From an uncultured Lachnospiraceae bacterium (GTDB taxonomy: Bacteria > Bacillota > Clostridia > Lachnospirales > Lachnospiraceae): DNA of 55,678 nucleotides. Under the pieces are notes generated by a model. That model did no database searches. It saw nothing but the letters and a program-made list of their open reading frames with translations, and was not told the origin of the DNA. Shown here piece after piece: positions 20,213-28,503 of this stretch (position 1 is its first letter; every line of letters starts with the position of its first letter). Position numbers and translations under genes: made by a program. The DNA lies in the NCBI GenBank assembly GCA_947631605.1, contig CANRMC010000001.1, positions 1 to 55,678 of the forward strand, written 5' to 3'.

Positions 20213-20316
20213 TATCACTTGATAAATTGGTTGAACTGCCGTATTCTGAGCGGTATGTATGTTGGCATGGGAGGTTGGAAATCTCTTATTTAGAGAGCTT
20301 TCCTCCTTGATTCTCT

Positions 20317-21237
20317 CTACAAATTAAAATACCTCCTTGGATGCTTTTCTATCAAAATATCCCTTTGTTTTGCTACTGCTACATGTGTATATATTTCAGT
20401 AATATTAATTGAACTGTGTCCGAGCATTTCCTGAATATAGCGAATATCCACATCAGCTTCAAGTAAGGAAGTAGCGAATGTGTGCCGAAACATATGAGGC
20501 GTGATATGCATTTGAATAGAAGCCATGTCGGTGTATTTATTGATCATTCTTCGAACGGATTGATCGGACAGAGGCTTTCCGTTTTGATTAACAAAGAAAT
20601 GGTTACATTGTTCTATTTCATAATGAAATTCCTTCTGATATTTATTTAAAATAGACAGAACGGATTCATTGCCAATTTGAATCCGGCGTTCCTTGTCGCC
20701 TTTTCCATATATGAGTATGGTTCCGTCATATAAATTCACATCATTCGTATGTAGCATGCAAAGTTCCGATATCCGTACACCGCTTGCAAATAAAAATTCC
20801 GCAACTGCCGTATCACGCAAAGCATTTCTTCTTTGATAATCAGTTTTTGCATTGCTCTGCTGTGAATAAATAGTGCTGAGAAATGTTTCAACAATATGTA
20901 ACGGAATTGTTTTGGGCAGTTTGACCGGCTCTCGGAAATGGATTTGTAATTTATTAAAAGGATTTCGTTCTAGGATGTCTTTGTATTCCAGATAATGAAA
21001 AAAAGCTTTCAATGAAGCAATTTTCCGTTTTACTGTTTTCGGTTGGAAATGCTGATGTAAGGCGGCAATGTAGATTTCGAGCACAGCAGAATTTATATCC
21101 ATGATTTCATCTGTGGGTGACTGTTCTGAAAATTGTCTCAGATCAATCTGGTATGCTTTTAAGGTTTTCTCATTCAGACGTTTTTGCTCTGCACAATATG
21201 TCAGATAATCATTTACGAGTGTCTGCAAATTATTCAT
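20317..21237 (-). CDS. Tyrosine site-specific recombinase/integrase (XerC/D-like)
   Basis: 306 aa. N-terminal SAM-like core-binding domain. Catalytic residues in ASGVRISEL (R), HMFRHTFAT (HxxR), LGHSSI (H) and EIYTHV (Y). Confidence 0.85.
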   Translation of the reverse strand: MNNLQTLVNDYLTYCAEQKRLNEKTLKAYQIDLRQFSEQSPTDEIMDINSAVLEIYIAALHQHFQPKTVKRKIASLKAFFHYLEYKDILERNPFNKLQIHFREPVKLPKTIPLHIVETFLSTIYSQQSNAKTDYQRRNALRDTAVAEFLFASGVRISELCMLHTNDVNLYDGTILIYGKGDKERRIQIGNESVLSILNKYQKEFHYEIEQCNHFFVNQNGKPLSDQSVRRMINKYTDMASIQMHITPHMFRHTFATSLLEADVDIRYIQEMLGHSSINITEIYTHVAVAKQRDILIEKHPRRYFNL

Positions 21238-21450
21238 TGGTTTTCTCCTTTGTATATATTGTTATAAATATATATCCTACATGACAATCTGCTTTTTTAC
21301 TAACCTAAATTGAAATTCTGGTATTGTAATTTCCCATTGATTATAATAAAACCATGATATATGTTGCGCTGTTTTATGATTTATAATAGTATCGGAATTA
21401 GAAATTCATATAAGAAAAAACAACGTAAAAGTTTTACAGGAGGAATAAAA

Positions 21451-22080
21451 ATGGCGTTTGATTACAAGAAAGAGTATAAAGAGTTTTATATGCCGAAAAA
21501 TAAACCGGAAATCGTGGAAGTTCCGCCAATGAATTACATCGCAGTGCGGGGCAGCGGGAATCCGAACGAAGAAGGAAGCGAATATAAACAGAGCATCGGG
21601 CTTCTGTATGCGATTGCGTTTATGATAAAAATGAGCAAAATGGGGAGTCATAAAATAGAAGGATATTTTGATTATGTGGTGCCGCCGCTGGAAGGTTTCT
21701 GGTGGCAGGAAAATACGGAAGGAATTGATTACGGACGGAAGGAAGATTTTCAGTTTATTTCCGTCATACGGCTGCCGGATTTTGTCACGAAAGAAGATTT
21801 CGACTGGGCAATTGATGAGGCGACAAGGAAGAAAAAACAGGATTTTTCAAAAGTGGAATTTCTGGCGTATGACGAAGGTCTGTGCGTTCAGTGTATGCAC
21901 ATCGGTTCATATGACAACGAACCGGAAACGATAGATAAGATGAATGATTTTATAGAACAACAGGGATACAGGACTGATTTTTCAGGTGGCAGGCTTCATC
22001 ATGAAATTTATCTGAGTGATGCAAGACGGGTAGCCCCTGAAAAGCTGAAAACCGTTATCCGGCATCCTATAATAAAATGA
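21451..22080 (+). CDS. GyrI-like small-molecule-binding domain protein
   Basis: Start at MAFDYKKEYKEFY after RBS AGGAGG. PPMNYIAVRGSGNPN... and ...HHEIYLSD are typical of the family. Confidence 0.7.
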   Translation: MAFDYKKEYKEFYMPKNKPEIVEVPPMNYIAVRGSGNPNEEGSEYKQSIGLLYAIAFMIKMSKMGSHKIEGYFDYVVPPLEGFWWQENTEGIDYGRKEDFQFISVIRLPDFVTKEDFDWAIDEATRKKKQDFSKVEFLAYDEGLCVQCMHIGSYDNEPETIDKMNDFIEQQGYRTDFSGGRLHHEIYLSDARRVAPEKLKTVIRHPIIK

Positions 22081-23248
22081 CGGCAGCAACATAAAACAGC
22101 ACAAGCCCAATCACATTCACCAGCATAAAAAATCCCATGTATTTTCCTGCTTTTGCGCCCTGACTCTTCATGTAAATCCGGAAAGATATCAGGCTTGCAA
22201 GCGACGCGATCGGAGTTCCAAGTCCGCCGATGTCCGCCCCAAGAAGAAGCGCCTGCCAGTTCTGCGTAAAGCCGGACAGAAGAACCGCCGCCGGCACATT
22301 ACTGATGACCTGACTTGCCAGAATGGAAGTAAGAAGAGGATTATCTGCCAGCAGATTCTGTAGAAATGTCCGGATGGTATCAATGGCGCCGATATTTCCG
22401 GCAAATACGAAAAAGCAGACAAATGTAAGCAGCAGACTGTAGTCCACAGAACCAAAGACTGTCCGGTCCATGATAAGGAGCGCTGCACAGATAACTGCCA
22501 GAAGGATCCGGTAATCCAGAACATGGAAAACCGATAGAAGGCAGAGTAAAAACAGGATCAGATGAAGGAAGATATGACTGCGGTTCAGAGCTGCGTCCTT
22601 ATCTGAAAGTTCGACGGTGATTTCGCTCTTTTTGCAGAAAACCACGCTGATAAGAAGCAGTGGCAGTGCAAGCAGAGTAAAAGGAAGAACAGTACGGAAG
22701 AAATCTGCCGCTGACAGGCGGAAAGCAGAATAGAGATAAAGATTCTGGGGATTTCCTACAGGAGTTGCCATACTTCCCAGATTTGCAGCAACGGTCTGCA
22801 TGACTACAACGAAGATCATATAGTTTTGCTGACCGGTAAGTCCCAGTACCAGAACGGCAAAAGGAACAAATGTGATGAGGGCGACGTCATTTGTTACCAG
22901 CATAGAGGAAAAGAAAGGAAGCAGGATCAGAAGCAGGAATAATTTCCGGCGCTGCATTTTGCCGCTTAGAACCTTGCATGCCAGCCAGTTAAAGAGTCCG
23001 TGACGCTGAAGTCCTGCCACCACCGCCATCAGGCAGAATAGAAGAACCAGTACCCGAAAATCAATATAGTTTACATAATCTTTTGAAGGCGGAACAAAAA
23101 ACATGGAAATCAGCATACAGAGAGCCGAAACGACAAGTACCGGTTCTTTTTTTAATGCACGCAGTACCGGATTGGATTTTTTCGTATCTTTGTTAGATGA
23201 TTTCCGGTCATTCTGATCTTTCATGTTTCCAGCCTTTCTATCAATCAT
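22067..23248 (-). CDS. ArsB/NhaD-superfamily anion permease (YbiR-like)
   Basis: Polytopic membrane protein with motif GNPQNLYLYS. The start could instead be the ATG at 23224. Confidence 0.7.
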   Translation of the reverse strand: MIDRKAGNMKDQNDRKSSNKDTKKSNPVLRALKKEPVLVVSALCMLISMFFVPPSKDYVNYIDFRVLVLLFCLMAVVAGLQRHGLFNWLACKVLSGKMQRRKLFLLLILLPFFSSMLVTNDVALITFVPFAVLVLGLTGQQNYMIFVVVMQTVAANLGSMATPVGNPQNLYLYSAFRLSAADFFRTVLPFTLLALPLLLISVVFCKKSEITVELSDKDAALNRSHIFLHLILFLLCLLSVFHVLDYRILLAVICAALLIMDRTVFGSVDYSLLLTFVCFFVFAGNIGAIDTIRTFLQNLLADNPLLTSILASQVISNVPAAVLLSGFTQNWQALLLGADIGGLGTPIASLASLISFRIYMKSQGAKAGKYMGFFMLVNVIGLVLFYVAAVILL

Positions 23249-23635
23249 AAATCCGTTTCATTCACATGCATTATACTGAAAAACACCGAAATCTTCAATC
23301 CCCACTTCATCCAAACTAAAATACATAGAATTGAAAAGCAACACCCAATAAATAAATCTAATGAGTAGTTTCTCCTAAACGAAAAATAAGTATATGTATC
23401 CTTGCAGAGAACAGCTTTCAAGCCGCAGAGTACCTCAATTCCGGGACATATGAGCCGCCGGTTCTTAGCGAACACAAGCGTAAGCGCAGTGTGCGCTTAG
23501 AACCGCTGCGTGCGAATTTAAGCGCAAGCGGTCCCGGAACCGATGTATCTGCACAGAGAAAGCGTATTGACAGAGAAAACGTATCGGCAACAAAAATCTA
23601 ACAGAAAAATTTGCAAATATACCGTAAAAACAATG

Positions 23636-23664
23636 TTGAATTATAGATACGATATGGTTATACT
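23636..23664 (+). promoter_or_regulatory. Candidate sigma-A promoter for the DUF885 gene
   Basis: TTGAAT, 17-nt spacer, TATACT. Confidence 0.4.
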
Positions 23665-23713
23665 AACGATATATGAAAAATGAAATGCATTTCGATGATT
23701 GGAGGAGAAGTGA

Positions 23714-25603
23714 ATGTTAAAAAGGTGGAAAAAAGGCTTGGCAGTTATTCTTGTCGCTGCAATGTCAGTTTCCCTTTCAGCGTGCGGAAATGACGTGATG
23801 GAGGGAAGAGGAACGACCGAGGAAAAGACAGAGCAAGACACCAGCGAAGAAGTGACAAGCGGCGATACGGAAGAGATTACGACAGAAGCGCCGGGCGAAC
23901 CGGATCCCGAAGCACAGCAGGAGTTTGAGAAATTTCTGGACGATTATTTTGCAGAAGAAGTAACAAGCGATTCCCTGACATATCATTATACGGTAAAAGA
24001 CGGAAGCAAGTTCGGTATCGCACCGCCGGAAACACCGACATTGGGCGATCCGGATATGTCCGAGGAAGCCATTCAGAAAGACAAAGCAGAATTTGATGAA
24101 TGGTACGGCAGACTCAAGGCGATCAATTATAACGGTCTGACGGAAGATGAGAAGTTCACCTATGATGTTCTGGATGAGTATCTGGAAACAGAAGCCATAT
24201 CCTATGATCATATTTATCTCTATGAACCGTTTTCGCCAATGCGCGGACTCCAGTCCAACATCGCAACGTATTTTACAGATTATACATTTTATAATAAAGA
24301 AGACGTGGAAACTTATATTGCGCTTTTGAATGACGTTCCGGCATATTTTCAGGGATATCTGGATTTTGAACGGGTAAAAGCGGAAAAAGGATATTTTATG
24401 TCAGACGCTTCCTGTGACAGCGTGATCGAGCAGTGTGAAACCTTTATCGAAAAGAAGGACGACCATTTTCTGATCGCCTCCTTTGATTCCCGCGTGGATG
24501 AGCTGGATTTCCTTACGGATGAGGAAAAAGAAGATTTTAAGGCGCAGAATAAAAAGGCAGTAACGGAAAGCCTGATCCCGGCTTTTGAAAATACGATCTC
24601 CGTTTTTCAGGAGTTAAAGGGGCAGGGAAAAGTTGACGGCGGAATCTGCGGTTATGAAGGCGGCAAAGAATATTACGCATATCTGCTGAAACAGTATGCC
24701 GGTACCGCAAAGACGCCGGAAGAAGTCATTACGATGCTGGATGAACGGTATGACAATCTGATGGGACAGCTTTATACGGTATACCTTTCAAATCCGGACG
24801 CATTTAATTATTTCAGTGATAATTATGATACGCTCTTTTCCGGCGCGGACAGCATGACGGTAGACGAAATGATCGATACCCTCATGGAAACAGCAACGGA
24901 TAATTATCCGGAAATGGGTAAGATCCCATATACTGCCGATTATCTGGATGAGAGTCTGGAAAGCATTATGGAAAATACGCTGGCCTACTATATGAGTCCT
25001 GCTATTGACGATCCGGATAATAACATCATCTATGTAAACGGCGCGCATCCGGAAGGTCTTTGGACGACGCTTGCGCATGAAGGCTGTCCGGGACATATGT
25101 TCCAGAATGCTTATTATATGTCAACAGATCCGGAGCCTGTACGGACGCTCTACGGTTTTCTCGGATACAAAGAAGGCTGGGCTATGTACGCCTGCTATGA
25201 CGCAGTCAATGCATATGATTTTGAAAATGATGAATATGCCGAAGCATTGGCGGAACTTTATCAGATCAATGATGAAATGAGTTATCTTGCTATGGGACGC
25301 GCGGATATCGGTGTCAATTACGAAGGCTGGGATATGGATAAGCTGAGTTCATGGATGACTGAGAAGGGCTTTGACGGTTCGGCGGCTGAGGAATTATTCA
25401 ATACCCTTGCCGCAGATCCTGCCGTTTATCAGAGTTATGTTACCGGATACTACGAACTGAAGGAACTGCGGGAATATGCAGAGAAAGAACTTGGAGATAA
25501 ATTTGACGTCGTGGCGTTCAACACAGTGATATTGGATGCAGGCCCATGTCAGTACGATCTCTTAAAAGAAAAAGTAAATCAATATATTGTGAAGAACCGG
25601 TAA
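23714..25603 (+). CDS. DUF885-family lipoprotein (metallopeptidase-like)
   Basis: Lipobox VSLSAC, acidic linker, HEGCPGHMFQ motif. 629 aa. Confidence 0.75.
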   Translation: MLKRWKKGLAVILVAAMSVSLSACGNDVMEGRGTTEEKTEQDTSEEVTSGDTEEITTEAPGEPDPEAQQEFEKFLDDYFAEEVTSDSLTYHYTVKDGSKFGIAPPETPTLGDPDMSEEAIQKDKAEFDEWYGRLKAINYNGLTEDEKFTYDVLDEYLETEAISYDHIYLYEPFSPMRGLQSNIATYFTDYTFYNKEDVETYIALLNDVPAYFQGYLDFERVKAEKGYFMSDASCDSVIEQCETFIEKKDDHFLIASFDSRVDELDFLTDEEKEDFKAQNKKAVTESLIPAFENTISVFQELKGQGKVDGGICGYEGGKEYYAYLLKQYAGTAKTPEEVITMLDERYDNLMGQLYTVYLSNPDAFNYFSDNYDTLFSGADSMTVDEMIDTLMETATDNYPEMGKIPYTADYLDESLESIMENTLAYYMSPAIDDPDNNIIYVNGAHPEGLWTTLAHEGCPGHMFQNAYYMSTDPEPVRTLYGFLGYKEGWAMYACYDAVNAYDFENDEYAEALAELYQINDEMSYLAMGRADIGVNYEGWDMDKLSSWMTEKGFDGSAAEELFNTLAADPAVYQSYVTGYYELKELREYAEKELGDKFDVVAFNTVILDAGPCQYDLLKEKVNQYIVKNR

Positions 25604-25642
25604 GGACCGATAGACTTGCTTATTTATCGGGCAAATAAGGGA

Positions 25643-25671
25643 TTGACTTCTGGAAAAAGTGCCGATATACT
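25643..25671 (+). promoter_or_regulatory. Candidate sigma-A promoter for pckA
   Basis: TTGACT, 17-nt spacer, TATACT. Confidence 0.45.
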
Positions 25672-25714
25672 AATGTCAGTCGCTAAAGTTTAACATAAAT
25701 GAGGAGGAATTAAA

Positions 25715-27409
25715 ATGGCAACAAAAGCAATGTACCCATTAAACGAGATTGGAAAGGGAAAAGTCGGTTTCTCCAAAACCCGTTCCATTATCGAGGCTGC
25801 CTTTTACGGCAACAATGTAGTTCCTGTCAATACGCTGAAGGAAGCGTATAATCTTGCAAAGAATTCACCGGGAACCATCGTAACGGATATGCCTGTTTAC
25901 AGAGGTGAAGAATTCGGTCTGCCGGAAGACGCAAAGGTTTTACTGTTCAACGACGGTGCAGTAACCGGACGTTATGCAGCAGCAAGACGGATCAAGGGCG
26001 AGCCGGGAGTTGATGATACAAAACTGGATAAAGTAGTTATGGATGCGATTTATAAGACAAGGTTCAAGAAACTCTATCATGCAACCTGTTTTGTAGGTCT
26101 GGATTCCGAATTCATGGTTAAGGCACACCTTCTGATTCCGGAAGGAGAAGAGAATCTTCTTTATAACTGGATGATCAACTTCCAGTATATGTCTGATGAA
26201 TATGTAAAGATGTATAAGACATCCAAGGCAGTAGGAGACGGAAAGGAAGCAGATATTTATATCTTCTCTGATCCGCAGTGGGTACCGACTCCAAGTCCGG
26301 ATGTAGATTACAGCTGTTTAAGTGACGACCTCACCTGCTGTTATTTCGATACGGACGCAAACTGCGCAGCCATTCTTGGTATGAAGTATTTCGGCGAGCA
26401 TAAGAAGGGCACGCTGACTATGGCATGGGCAATCGCAAACAGAAACGGTTATGCTTCCTGCCACGGCGGTCAGAAAGAATATACGCTGGATGACGGTTCT
26501 AAGTATGTTGCAGCCGTATTCGGTCTGTCAGGCTCCGGTAAGTCAACACTTACCCATGCAAAGCATAACAACAAGTATCCGTCTATCAAAGTCCTGCATG
26601 ATGACGCATTCATCATTAACTCCGACACCTGTGCATCAATCGCACTGGAGCCGACCTACTTTGATAAGACAGCAGACTATCCGACAGGCTGTCCGGATAA
26701 TAAATATCTTCTTTCCGCACAGAACTGCTCCGCAACCATGGACGAGGATGGAAAGATCCAGCTTGTAACCGAGGATATCAGAAACGGCAACGGACGTGCC
26801 ATCAAGTCCAAGTTATGGTCTCCGAACCGTGTGGATCGGATTGACGCTCCTGTAAACGCTATTTTCTGGATTATGAAGGATCCAACCATTCCGCCGGTTG
26901 TTAAGCTGAAAGGCGCAGCGCTTGCATCTGTTATGGGCGCAACCCTTGCAACAAAGACTTCTACGGCAGAACGTGTAAAAGCAGGCACCGATATGAATGC
27001 GCTTCGTATCGTTCCTTATGCAAACCCGTTCCGTACTTATCCGCTGGTAAATGACTATGTGAAGTTCAAGAAGCTGGTAGAAGAGAAGAACGTAGACTGC
27101 TACATCGTAAATACCGGTGATTTCATGGGCAAGAAGTGCCAGCCGAGCGATACGCTGGGAATTCTGGAAGCAATCGTTGAGAGACGTGCAGCATTCCATC
27201 AGTGGGGACCGTTCGAGGATATTGAGATCATGGATTGGGAAGGCTTCGTTCCGAATCTGGATGACGCGGATTATAAGGCGCAGTTAAAGGCTGCAATGCA
27301 GAACCGTGTTGATGCAGTTGATAAGTTCAATACTGCAAAGGGCGGCTATGACGCACTTCCGGATGAAGCACTGGCAGCGCTTAAGAAACTGGTAGACGAA
27401 TTAAGCTAA
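25715..27409 (+). CDS. pckA: Phosphoenolpyruvate carboxykinase (ATP)
   Basis: 564 aa with RBS GAGGAGG. Kinase-1a motif GLSGSGKSTLTH. Confidence 0.9.
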   Translation: MATKAMYPLNEIGKGKVGFSKTRSIIEAAFYGNNVVPVNTLKEAYNLAKNSPGTIVTDMPVYRGEEFGLPEDAKVLLFNDGAVTGRYAAARRIKGEPGVDDTKLDKVVMDAIYKTRFKKLYHATCFVGLDSEFMVKAHLLIPEGEENLLYNWMINFQYMSDEYVKMYKTSKAVGDGKEADIYIFSDPQWVPTPSPDVDYSCLSDDLTCCYFDTDANCAAILGMKYFGEHKKGTLTMAWAIANRNGYASCHGGQKEYTLDDGSKYVAAVFGLSGSGKSTLTHAKHNNKYPSIKVLHDDAFIINSDTCASIALEPTYFDKTADYPTGCPDNKYLLSAQNCSATMDEDGKIQLVTEDIRNGNGRAIKSKLWSPNRVDRIDAPVNAIFWIMKDPTIPPVVKLKGAALASVMGATLATKTSTAERVKAGTDMNALRIVPYANPFRTYPLVNDYVKFKKLVEEKNVDCYIVNTGDFMGKKCQPSDTLGILEAIVERRAAFHQWGPFEDIEIMDWEGFVPNLDDADYKAQLKAAMQNRVDAVDKFNTAKGGYDALPDEALAALKKLVDELS

Positions 27410-27464
27410 TCGTCAGATGATATAACGAAATATAGCATTCACGATATATAGCACAATGAAAAAG

Positions 27465-27501
27465 AACTCCGTATAGGAATCATTCTTATACGGAGTTTTT
27501 T
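27465..27501. terminator. Bidirectional intrinsic terminator between pckA and the convergent YesL-like gene
   Basis: AACTCCGTATA, 11-nt loop, TATACGGAGTT. Followed by a T-run and preceded by an A-run. Confidence 0.8.
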
Positions 27502-27525
27502 GCATATATTTGCTTATTATATCGT

Positions 27526-28344
27526 TTATTTATCATCCGGTTTATTCGGTTTTTCTTTTTTGTCTGTCACACCCGGTTCATCCGGCTTGTCTGTTTCATT
27601 TACTTCATCAGTTTCATCCGGCTCATCAGTTTCATCCGGCTCATCAGTTTCATCCGGTTCGTCTGTTTCGTTGGAGTCTTCGGCTTCTTCTGCCAGTTCC
27701 TTTCGGGCTTTCTCAGAAGCTGCTGAAATGGAACGGAAGATATTTTTATGTATGAAAGCGATCAGATAACTCAAAAGCCCTGCGCCGATTACCACAAAGA
27801 CGACTCCGATGATTGGGATGTGCCAGACGGTATAAGCCAGCGCCAGGCATATAAAAATGATAAAGATCGTAGCCGGTAGTTTATTCAGCCCGATCAGGAA
27901 CGCATTCTTTACCGCAGTCTTTGTTTTATTTTCATAATTGCCAATCAGGGCAAACAGATGCACGAGGATCATGGCATATGCAAACAGCATGACTACGCTT
28001 ACGATGATCAGCGGTTTTGCGATAAAAATATTATTTGTGGCATTTACCTGTACCCAGAAATACAGATCGAAACTCAGGACAAAACCGATGAGAAGCATAA
28101 GCAGCCAGATCGGCGTCGCCTGCTTGAAATTTTTTTTGAAGCTGGACCAGAAACGCTTGAATACATAACCGTCCTCCCCGCTTACCGCTTTAATGCTTAC
28201 ATAGGAGGCGGCGGACAAGGCCGCTCCGATCGTGAAAACAGGTACGCAGAAAAGCGAAAACGTCAGCGATAGGATCAGAATATCCGCAAAACGGTTTAAA
28301 AAACGGACAATCGGACTGTCCGCAGAAAAAACACCATCAGACAT
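27526..28344 (-). CDS. YesL/DUF624-family membrane protein with acidic tandem-repeat C-terminal tail
   Basis: Start set at MSDGVFSADSPIVRFLN (ATG 28344, RBS AGGAG). Multiple TM helices. Tail (DETDEP)n. Confidence 0.7.
   Translation of the reverse strand: MSDGVFSADSPIVRFLNRFADILILSLTFSLFCVPVFTIGAALSAASYVSIKAVSGEDGYVFKRFWSSFKKNFKQATPIWLLMLLIGFVLSFDLYFWVQVNATNNIFIAKPLIIVSVVMLFAYAMILVHLFALIGNYENKTKTAVKNAFLIGLNKLPATIFIIFICLALAYTVWHIPIIGVVFVVIGAGLLSYLIAFIHKNIFRSISAASEKARKELAEEAEDSNETDEPDETDEPDETDEPDETDEVNETDKPDEPGVTDKKEKPNKPDDK
27575..27680. repeat. 18-bp tandem repeat encoding the (DETDEP)n tail
   Basis: TCATCAGTTTCATCCGGC occurs three times (27605-27658) with degenerate flanking copies. Confidence 0.8.
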
Positions 28345-28503
28345 AGTAAACTCCTTTTCGAAATAGTCAACACGTATTATAAATAACAAAAAATAGTATA
28401 AAGAATATATAAAAAAAAAACAATCTTTTTTTTCATGTTGACAAAAGCTAAAATTATGAATAATCTTAGAGTTAGAAAAATAGTGAAAAAGGGGATAAAA
28501 ATT

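Larger units (their letters stand above)
10013..21237. mobile_element. AT-rich genomic island with terminal tyrosine recombinase (boundaries approximate, att sites not identified)
   Basis: Abrupt composition drop after the GNAT stop: the line at 14041 is 15/60 G+C versus 30/60 at 26401. Defence-type cargo. Integrase at the right end. Composition returns to core level after ~21.45 kb. Confidence 0.5.

Noticed and set aside
20235-20268. Group II intron domain V-like sequence (CCGTAT...GGTATGTATGTTGG)
   Set aside because: It only partially resembles the GAGCCGTAT...ACGTACGGTTC consensus. There is no AGC triad, GNRA loop, GTGYG 5' end or intron-encoded protein. It is left as something to test with the Rfam intron models.
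19735-20316. tmRNA or tRNA gene as the island integration target
   Set aside because: A GGGG...TCGACAAGG stretch superficially recalls a tmRNA 5' end. However, there is no T-arm (GGTTCGA..TCC), no CCA-proximal acceptor pairing and no tag ORF. No cloverleaf is evident.
19658-21450. Invertible promoter (inverton), or IS-like element with terminal inverted repeats, associated with the tyrosine recombinase
   Set aside because: Comparing the flanks by eye, I found no inverted repeats of 8-10 nt or longer bracketing either the non-coding region or the recombinase gene. A systematic IR search or read-orientation analysis could still reveal one.
27500-27769. Two + strand ORFs (89 and 81 aa) with SSGSSVS / HPAHQF repeats
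   Set aside because: They are alternative-frame or antisense readings of the 18-bp repeat that encodes the acidic tail of the minus-strand YesL-like gene.
28345-28503. Lysine riboswitch (L-box) upstream of the lysA-type gene
   Set aside because: The ~160-nt leader is very AT-rich, with homopolymer A10/T8 runs. It shows none of the conserved GC-rich L-box helices.
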